A stretch of 56,470 nt of DNA, filler included, from Basidioascus undulatus (Eukaryota): NCBI GenBank assembly GCA_000826855.1. It is 3 parts of 3 records of this genome, joined end to end, with 100 filler letters (N's around TTAATTAATTAA, not from the genome) between each part and the next. Parts side by side here need not be neighbours in the genome. Positions count along the whole stretch, not along the records: positions 40,973 to 56,470 come from JTLS01000644.1; 2 more parts are not named here. The stretch is one strand, 5' to 3'. The number at the start of each line of letters is the position of its first letter. The stretch's first letter is position 1. The position numbers and the translations under genes were made by a program. A model generated the notes under the pieces. The model saw nothing but the letters and a program-made list of their open reading frames with translations, did not search any database and was not told the DNA's origin. This document shows, piece by piece, positions 47,984 through 56,470 of the stretch.

Positions 47984-48569
47984 TTGGGGAGGGAAGGTGA
48001 TTGATGCTATTGGAGGCGTAGACTGGGCTGGACTGGGGGTTGTGAATGTTTCGTGGAGCTGCCGGAAGGATATGAGCTGTGCTCAGGCGCTTTCAGTTGA
48101 TGCTGGGCTTGTAAGATTACGACTGGGCCTCAACGCGCACTATTCTTTAGTTTGGATTCAAATTCACGCAGTTGATAATTCTCTGGGAAAAGTAATTCGG
48201 AATGGGTGCTTTCCCGGATGGTTCCAAGCGACAAGGCTGGACGCGTCTGCCCGCACGTCGGAGGATAGGTACAGCCTGCGCGACAAATGCCAGTATGTGT
48301 CTGCTTCATGCTGCGCATTCATTGAAAAAGGATTGTGTAAACAAAGATTATTCATTCAGCTATTCCGACAAGCTACACACAAACGTTGCTGCAGGCTGCG
48401 TGTTTCAATTTCCTCAATGCACAAGTTGCCCGAAGCCAAAGATAAAGATAAGATCAACAGTACTAATTTGAATGCCTAGTATATTGTATTTATCCTTCAT
48501 CAAGAACCAGCGCCGACCTGTCCACAAGGGTACGGTTACCCGAGCGGCTTCCTTTGCGGCACGACGGAG

Positions 48570-49479
48570 ATGCCTTCTGCCCACGCTCCTCTCCGCCTTC
48601 CGACTTCTCGCTTCGACCCAGCTTCCCTCCTCTCCTCCTTGAATTTCCTCAACAAGTACCCCTCGGCCATGCAGTCGGTTTCCTGTACCATTTACCCAAC
48701 TCGGTTCGCCGGTATCTGCCAGAGCTGCCAAACGCCCGTGCCCGCGGAGGATGCAAACCGCCGCGTCTGCAGCGGCTGCAACGCCGGTGAGGCCCATTTC
48801 CTTCCCCGATCGTACGTGGTGTGGGACTGACCCTTGTTAGGACTCTACTGCTCCGAGTCGTGCCTGCGTGGCCACTGGCCCCTCCACAGCCCCTCCTGCG
48901 CTCCCACAGTCCCGCGCTCCACGCCCGGGCTCTTCGAAGTCCAGCTCCTCCGCCACTCTCTGCTCGCCTGGCAGCAAGGCCGCTGCTTACATCTCTTTAG
49001 AGCGGCGTACTGGGCTCTGAGGCTGGACGATGACCCTTCAAACTGCTCGCGCTCGGCGCTGTGGATCACCCTCTCGGCCATGCCTGTCAGCCCCTTAGAG
49101 CAGCCCCGGCCAGCCCAGTTCGAGATCGTCCCTCTGCAGGCTGGAAAGGATGCGCTTTCTATCAATGTGGGAGGCTGGGTGGTTCAGCACATTGAACGGT
49201 CGGAACTGGAGTGTGAGTCAGCTCATCGAAAGACGCTTTCGAGAGCTCCGCCCACCGCTGACGAAGGTACCGCGCGGACCAGTCATGGCAAGGGGATTGT
49301 ATGGTATGGCGCTCCTGGTGCTTCAGTGTGAGAATGCGGTACTGGCTGTTCCGCAGCCTGTCTACGAACACGGCGTCGCTCCGGACGGACCGCTGCACCG
49401 CTGGCTTTCTGCGCATGCACCGGTGCCGGATTGGTGGGAGTGGCTGAGGTGGGCGCTGGTTAAGGAGCAGGATGTGTAG
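48570..49479 (+). CDS. zf-MYND domain protein, 3 exons
   Basis: CQSC...RVCSGCNA|GLYCSESCLRGHWPLHSPSC. A second intron at 49213-49282 (gtgagt...gctgac...ccag) restores the frame into FMARGLYGMALLVLQC...DWWEWLRWAL. Confidence 0.85.
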
Positions 49480-50094
49480 ACCGCTGCTGCGAGGTAATGG
49501 GAGCTGTATTGTGCTGCCTGTGGGATGTGTGACGTTAGGCTTGTCGCCGTTGCTGTTGCTGTCTTGTCCGATTTGCTGCTGCTGCTGTAGATCAGCGGCC
49601 TTGGTTCCTTGAACTCTGAAAGCAGGAAAATTCGAGCAATTTTACAGCCAGTCATACATCATGATCGCTCGAGGGTTTGAGAACACCGATGCCTCGTATT
49701 CAGAAGTCGGTTTGGCATGTGGCGCAGAGCAACGCCTTTCACGTAATTTTTTTTTCCACCGCGCACACCTAGACGTATGACCAGCCATGGCCAAATTGTG
49801 GATATGGAGATAAATTAAGATAATAGCACACAGCTTTACTCGGAGAACGTTTACTGAAACAGTGCTTCGACCAGACGTTTCAATTCCGTCTCCTTTCAGT
49901 GCCTGCCCGTCCGTGTCTGCCTGCAAATACGGACACGGGTGTGGTTCATGAGGAAGGCCTGTTCCGGTATAAGACGACCAGCTTCAAGTATTAGGCTCGT
50001 GAGAGAAGACAGAAAAGGAGGAACCGGGAGCAGGGTGCGTGCTGTCCGACGCTCGGACCAAGAGACAAGGCTTGATCTTGGATCTACTGCTTGT

Positions 50095-50265
50095 TTTCAG
50101 GGGACCAGATCTTCTCCATTATGGGCAAAGTTGTAATAGTTACTCGGTCAATCCAGGGTCGGAACAGGATGAAGACAAACTGCGAGACAGTGCTGCTGTG
50201 ATAGCACGTGTGTGGGCGGCACACTCCCTCACTTAAATCGGATCATAACCCACCAGAGCTTACCC
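50095..50265 (+). repeat. Diverged direct repeat, copy 1
   Basis: gggcaaagttgtaatagttactcggtcaatccagggtcggaacaggatgaagacaaactgc...gagcttaccc matches 52633-52783. Confidence 0.85.
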
Positions 50266-51187
50266 CCGGAATTTATTCTCGATATTAACTCTAAGCTTAG
50301 TAAGGGTATGACGGTGATACATCGTGGGGATGATGTGTCGTATCCGTCTCGACTTTCGTACGATCCGCGCGGACAACGTGCGTCGAGTGCCACCTAACTT
50401 GCGAGCATACATAAATGTATGGTGACTAGTTTCAAATGTGCTCGATAGGAAAATTTACTGCCTGTCGAAATAGTAAGAAGCCCAACGGGCGGCCGGGGTC
50501 AGAGGTGGTAGATCGAACGTTCATGCGTCCCCCACGCCGCTAATGCGCAATGACATGACGAAATCGGTAACTCGAAAGACCCAGGATGGTACCCGGAACA
50601 AAACAAGAGTACTTCAGAGTGAACTCCTGACATTGCATAGCTCACAGAGTGCCAAGAAAAGAAAGGCAGCTGATGGTCGGTGCGTCTTCGTCGAGCCTGG
50701 AGGCCCACCGAAGACGGTCACAGCTGGGCTGAGCTTGGTACAGGCGGGATCTTATACTTACTGAGCAATGTCTTATTCTGAAGCAATGGAAACCGACCTG
50801 TGCAGCCAAAACAGGATGACAGCCAATCACCATAGCCAGTTTCAGCTTTACGGTCGCGCTTTGCAGCCGACCATGCTTGCATGGATGGATGGATCGCCAA
50901 CAGATTCAAGAAGAGAAGTTTGCGTAGGTCTCTTGAAATACAAGTCACTTAACCCAGACGATCGGAAGAACGCCGCTTGGCGTCCCTCAACGCCGCTGCG
51001 TCCGTGACTTCCGTGACCCCACTCTTCCTCCCCTTGTTCCGCAGCTCAGACAACCCGGTCGCCAGTCTAACCATCGGCCAGAAACCTTTGTTTTCCTTCT
51101 CTTAATATCCAGGCACTCCCTCCTCCCATCCCACTAGCCTTTGCCACGCACGCACCTAACTCCCACACACTTCAAGCTCCAGGACTC

Positions 51188-52080
51188 ATGCCTGTCTCGA
51201 TCCCGCTCGACATCGTCGACCACATCGCAGAGTGTATCGCGCTCTCCTCGCACCCTCGCCCCTTTCGCACATGATCGAGACGCCCAGGACACTCTGCTCG
51301 CTCTCAGTCTTGTCTCGCGCGGCGTGAGACAGGCGACCCTTCGTCCATTCGATCTCGGCCCTCACCACCGTCGCGCCTCACATCAATCCCCTTCATGTCG
51401 AATCTCTCCATCTTTGGGGCATTAAAGAAGTGACACCATCCACGGATGCTGAAATCAAGGCCATTACGGCTTTCCTCCACGCTGCGCAAGTGGGCCGTGT
51501 CATCGTAAACATCGACGGTTTCACGACCGCGTGAGTGCGTGGTATTAAAGAGCCGTATGTGGGGCCTATCCTCACACTACTGGCTGAGCTTCAACTGACG
51601 GACTTTGCGACCACAGTCGGCGTCGAATATTCCCCACCTCTTGATGTGCGCCGGTTGAAATCTCTTTCGAGCGGCTCGTCCACCGCTCAACTTCGCAACC
51701 TCTTTCTTGTCGACGTGTTTGGCTTGGTCCCCCAGGACTACGATAGTTTCAAAAGTCTCACATCACTTCGCAATCTGGTTTTGGTGGAACCCTATCATGT
51801 CGACCCAGAATCTTTGCACGTGGTGCTCGAAAACCTGCCCGCGCTGCAGAAAGTTCTGCTTATCTGGCACGAAGAGGCCGTCCAGGGAGGCGCGAACGAG
51901 ATGGATGCACTCGGAGACGCCCAGAACCAAGAAGGAGTAGACACCGCAGATTTTTGCTTTGCGTGGGCTTACCATCATGAAGTGAATGATTGGGTGAGAG
52001 GTAGACTGGTCGACGGGACCTTGTGGGGAATGCGGCGGGAGGCAGTTCGAAAGGCAATTGAAGAGTATCTTGCCAAGTAA
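51188..52080 (+). pseudogene. F-box-like/LRR-type gene, frameshifted
   Basis: MPVSIPLDIVDHIAECI ends in an early TGA (about 51272). DTLLALSLVSRGVRQAT is in another frame and a second shift follows near 51345. After an intron (gtgagt at 51531), the last exon has LRR-like LRNLFL, LTSLRNLVL and LPALQKVLL. Confidence 0.65.
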
Positions 52081-52632
52081 ACGGGCGTTCGTGGAATCAT
52101 GTCATTTGTAGATTCTCAGTGTGAGCATGCCATTTGACTTGCGCATGCAAAGAATGATGTCGCCTTGATTCGTGAGTGTGCCGCTGGACGAGCTGAGTTG
52201 GAACGAGATCGTGCCAGGGCTTGAATATCCAGAAGCACCGTGCCCGGAAAGGGCATGACCACTCCAGGCGGGACCTTGAAATGAATTGACCCTACGTTTT
52301 CCAACCGTCACAGAAAACTCTCAGAGCTCGGCGTCAGTACGCCTGGCCCGAGCCGACTTATATGGACATGGGAGGGCACTTGGGGAAAGAATCAGACATT
52401 TGGTCGAGGCCAGCTCGATTCTCACTTGTTTGACCTAGAATCAAAAGAAGAATGTACAGGCTTGCCCCCTCTAGAGTTCTACTTGATATTGACGGGAACT
52501 CACACAGACCTCAGACGTCATCACGAACTGTTGTTCAAAGGCAACGTGTGCGCTCCTGGCTGCTGTAGCTGCATATCGTGGACAGTGAACGCATTATCCT
52601 CTGAAACGACTTTCCGCTTAGTGGATCTGGTC

Positions 52633-52783
52633 TTAGGGTACCAAATCTTCCCCCCTCTGGGCAAAGTCGTGAACGTTACTCGGTCAATCCTGGGTCGGAA
52701 CAGGATGAAGACAGACTGCCATACGGTGCTGCAGTGGTTGTGTGTCGGCGGCAACCTCCTTCGCTTTCCCCATGAGCTTACCC
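52633..52783 (+). repeat. Diverged direct repeat, copy 2
   Basis: gggcaaagtcgtgaacgttactcggtcaatcctgggtcggaacaggatgaagacagactgc...gagcttaccc. Confidence 0.85.
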
Positions 52784-53509
52784 AAACATGCTGTGATTAG
52801 AGAGTGTTAAAGTCTATGCGGGGGCAGGGGCAAGGGGGGGCCTCAACCTCCCCAGATGTCATGTCGTGTCTGTAGCAGCATAAAGCTGCTCCTGAACGAT
52901 ACACGCCCAGGGGGATGGAGCATGCAAAGATTCTGGGGTTAATGTCCAGGGGCCTTGCTTGTATAGGCTGCTGAAAGAGTCAAGACACCCTGCGCATGCA
53001 CGTACTGCACTGCACGAGCGAGTGCGAGTGCGAGTAGTTTCCGCAGAAAGTAGCGGTTGGTTTGCAAAATTAGATGTACGAGTATAGCCCCTGGTGAACC
53101 GTCTGACTTGGTTTGTGAAATTGGTAGGGCGGTGTGAGGGCCAGGGTGATCGTGAGCGGCAGCGTTGAACAGCCTCTGAATCTGCTGAGCAGCTACACGT
53201 TTCTGTGGCTAATGAAGAAAAAGGTTATCTGCATCTCCCGTGGATACAGTTGCTTGGGAAGGACAAACCAATACTAATAATCCACCATCTTGCAAGTTGT
53301 TTATTGACATATCACGAACGCCGCGTCGCCCAAAAGTCGTGTTCTGGCGTCTTGTCTCTTCACCACCTCGCTTCTCATCCCCTCAACCACTCGATTCCTA
53401 TTTTCTCTCACTCTTTCTCTCAGGAATCCACCCTTTCTCCTACCTTGGCAGCAAATCCTCCTTTATTGCCTCACCCCGCACTCATAACCGCGCGGCACCC
53501 TTCCACCGC

Positions 53510-54710
53510 TCGCCATATGGACTCCTCCTGACTCCTGGACCATACTTCACCGTCGACTGCTCCAGGATACTCATTGCTCGTAAGGGTTTGGGGATCTCGC
53601 ACTGCCCTCGTAGTGGGCGCAGAGTGCGCGTACGGTCTCTGTGCGTACTGTGCAGCACTCGGCTGATGCGGTGGACGGCCTCGGAAGCCTCGGTGCTCTG
53701 ACGGTTTGGAGACGCACAAGTCGGTGTTAGAATTTGATGGGAAGTTTATCGATCTTAGCAGGGATAATTACCAGCTCCTCATCTTGCGTATACTCCCGGT
53801 TTCATCGCTGGTGTTGTCGGCAGTCGCTGGCGCTGCTTGCCCCATGCTCGTTCTCGTCCTCAGCACCTTTCTGCGAGTCTTTCTTTCTATCTTTGATGAT
53901 TTTTCAGAGTATCGTCAAATTGCTTTGCTGGGTCTTCGGATGAGACTCACTCGTCGACCGGCAGCGCTTGTTCGCAAACCCGTTCAACCCCCGGCGATCA
54001 GCTCACCTTTCGAGGTGCTGTGTCTCCTCTCCGCGTTCCGGGTCCCCTTGCCGCTCCATCCTTCCTCCTGCCAATAGAAGGTTCGCCCACACCAGCCCGC
54101 GTGTACTGGGCGCCTTCCTCGCCCCCTCTGCGGCCGTCCGTGCACACCGTACCCTCGAGTTCAACATCTCCTCTGTTTTGCGGCTGGCTCGCGTGCTTTC
54201 TTGAATCCAACACCTACAACTCTCCGAAACCTACGCAGAAACAACTGCCATTTTGCACCTTCGTTTGATGACTCCTTCACCCAATCGATTCAACTCAAGG
54301 ATCTTATCTTCGGAGATTTAGAATGTCTCGGAGATAGGAGCTCTCAAAAACCATTTCACCCGACGTCATTGAACACTAGCCCCCCTCGATCCGCTTTCCT
54401 TCCGGCTCCGGACGCTGTACGCACGCCTTCGCCCTTAGCGCTCTCATCCGCTCTGCAGCTCGCTTTTGCCAGCGCACAGCTCACACTCTCCACTCTCACA
54501 CTTCTGTACTGCCCGACCGGGGATTTACGAACCACACAGTGCGTGATATCCTGGTCCCTCGGGTTTGGGAGGAGTAAGAGCACGCTCATACCCACCTGCC
54601 TTCCCTCGCGCACAGTCCCCTCCCACCCCCGCCGGGCCTCGGTCTCGACCTCGACCTCGACCTCGATCTTGACGCTGCAGGCTTCAGTCTGTGGCCTGCG
54701 TAATTAGTGA
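53510..54710 (+). pseudogene. Possible decayed F-box/LRR-like gene
   Basis: Overlapping short leucine-rich ORFs in shifting frames (LRNLRRNNCHF, IQLKDLIFGDL, LTLSTLTLLYC) downstream of a pyrimidine-rich promoter-like tract. Confidence 0.25.
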
Positions 54711-55135
54711 GTGGTGACTACAGGACTATTCAAAGTTCGGGGGCTTGGTTGGTCGGAGTATTCTTTCGAGGGAGGACGTGCTATTCGCGTGGGTTGGGAG
54801 CAGGGGAAGGCCGGCAGGCTTCCTCGACCTACGCTTGCTGGACTGCACCGTATGGCTCACTAGAGAGAAGGAGGGACGCTGATATTGATTTTGCCTGTCC
54901 TTGTTCATCAGCAAATACACCATCATCAATCACTGTACTCCCCGGCAGCCGGACCGCCACCTCGTGCTCCGCAACTCTGGGTCTCGTTTGAAGGGTTCGA
55001 CGGGCCGGTGCTCGTTTGGATCACGGAGGGATTTTGAAGGATATTGATTGATACGGATCTTGAGGGCGGTATTGCAACGTGAGCAGCATCATTCTGTTCT
55101 CCGGTGGGCACCACTCACCATTGAGCGATCCTAGC

Positions 55136-56470
55136 ATGCCGTCCTTGACCTCTCCCTCGACCTCGCTCTCCCCGCCCCCGCCCTCCTCCTCCTCCAAGCG
55201 CTCCTCCTCCAAACCCTCCTTCCTCACCCGCATGCTCTACCCCTCCCGGAGCACCACCGACCTGCACACGTCCCCGCCGCTCCCCTCGCCCACATCCCAC
55301 TTCCCTCCCTCGCCCAGCATCTCCCTTCCGGACGCGCTCGCCCAGCTCGAGGCGCCCCGTCCGCCCCCGCCCCAGGACGCCCCCCCGCTCCTCTGGGCAC
55401 TCGTCGCCGCGCTTGAGGCGGGCACGAAAGTCCCGGACGACCCGCAGGGCACGCGCCTCCTCGGTGTCGCATCGGGGTACACCACGCCGTCCGCGTCGCC
55501 TGAATTGCGTCTACCGGCATTCCACATCCTTGCCCATGCGCTCTCCCCGCCCCCCGCGTCCGCACCCACCCGCGCACTCCTCTTCTCCTCCATCGTCACC
55601 CACTCCGCCGAGCCGTCCCTCCCCCTCGCCGAGCTCGCTGCCCGCCTCGCGGCTCTCATAGCCCTCACCCGCAACGGCCGCGACGCAGCGACGTACAGCG
55701 TGTTCTCCAAGACGCTCCGCCTATGGCTGCACCGCGCGACGGAGGAAGTGCGGTCCGAGCGGCAGAGCAGCGAGCGGGGGCGGCGACAGTCCGCCGAGGC
55801 CGCCCACGCGCTCCCGCCCCTCAGCGGGCCGCCGTCCCTCGCCGAGCGCACGAGCGCACGCATCCTCGCGCTCATGGAGGGATACATCAAGTCGAGCATA
55901 TCCCAGATCCGCTCGATAGTTCTCACCAAGCTTGTCCTCGCCGCGCTCGCCACGCACGCAGACGCCCCGCCCAACCCGACAGACACCCCGCCCCTCCTCC
56001 AGTTTCTCCGCTCCCTCCTCGCGTATGCGTACGTGCCCCCCGCGGCGGTCGCGCCCGTCGTGGCGTGCTTGTGCGCTATCATTGGAGCCGAGGAGGAGGG
56101 CGAGGAGTCTCACAAGGCGTGGTCGGTTCTGCGGAACCTGCTCAGGAGCCAGTGCGCGAGCATGGGCGCCAAGGCGCTGCGTGATATCCCTCTCGTGGGT
56201 CTCTTCACATATCCAACCTTTACCAACCTTTCTAAACCCCCTCCTCCACAGTCCGATCCCTCTCCCCCCCTCCCAACGCACCTCGGCGCGCTGCGCGCCA
56301 TCCGCCGCGCGCTCCTGCGCGTGCGCGCCCACCCGCCCGCGCAGCCCTATAACTCGACCGTCCCCGAGGAAGACGCAATCAACACGTTCACCCCCGCGTT
56401 TGTCCTCCCAGCGTTCCGCCGCGCGCTCGACGAGCGCAGCGACGCGCTCGACGGCGAGGTCTGGCGCTTT
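55136..56470 (+). CDS. TSC2: Tuberin (TSC2) N-terminal part, runs off the window end
   Basis: Open frame from ATG 55136 (MPSLTSPSTS), absent from the ORF track because it has no stop in the window. RLAALIALTRNGRD...KTLRLWL, LLAYAYVPPAAVAPVVACLCAI and AWSVLRNLLRSQ resemble the tuberin N-terminal (DUF3384) helical domain. Confidence 0.7.
   Translation, partial: MPSLTSPSTSLSPPPPSSSSKRSSSKPSFLTRMLYPSRSTTDLHTSPPLPSPTSHFPPSPSISLPDALAQLEAPRPPPPQDAPPLLWALVAALEAGTKVPDDPQGTRLLGVASGYTTPSASPELRLPAFHILAHALSPPPASAPTRALLFSSIVTHSAEPSLPLAELAARLAALIALTRNGRDAATYSVFSKTLRLWLHRATEEVRSERQSSERGRRQSAEAAHALPPLSGPPSLAERTSARILALMEGYIKSSISQIRSIVLTKLVLAALATHADAPPNPTDTPPLLQFLRSLLAYAYVPPAAVAPVVACLCAIIGAEEEGEESHKAWSVLRNLLRSQCASMGAKALRDIPLVGLFTYPTFTNLSKPPPPQSDPSPPLPTHLGALRAIRRALLRVRAHPPAQPYNSTVPEEDAINTFTPAFVLPAFRRALDERSDALDGEVWRF

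Noticed and set aside
49150..49331. Apparent frameshift in the MYND gene
   Set aside because: Explained by a canonical 70-nt intron at 49213-49282.

Overview
Eukaryotic, GC-rich, intron-dense fungal DNA, most likely a basidiomycete (short GT-AG introns with CTRAY branch points; the species cannot be determined). Conserved genes: CDC7 kinase, an ARO8-like aromatic aminotransferase, the 5' half of CDC14 (cut by a gap), an intronless PPR protein, XRN2/RAT1 head-to-head with a nucleolin/NSR1 gene, a conserved fungal hypothetical gene, EMC10, a tautomerase, a single-pass S/T/P-rich membrane protein, a zf-MYND protein and the start of a tuberin/TSC2 gene. Between them lie many decayed genes: GH31 alpha-glucosidase, a secreted protein, a GRE2-like reductase, an SRPK-like kinase fragment and F-box-like genes. 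Two 100-bp artificial linkers (N44-TTAATTAATTAA-N44) mark assembly gaps. I found no convincing rRNA, tRNA, CRISPR array or intact transposase, and no clearly novel system. The most notable items are the nucleolin/hypothetical gene tail-to-tail fusion at about 38.4 kb, a GC-rich hairpin with a T6 tail at 44.9 kb, CTD-like SPxR repeats in the XRN2 tail, and the overall pseudogenisation. All calls come from motif recognition by eye; no searches were run.
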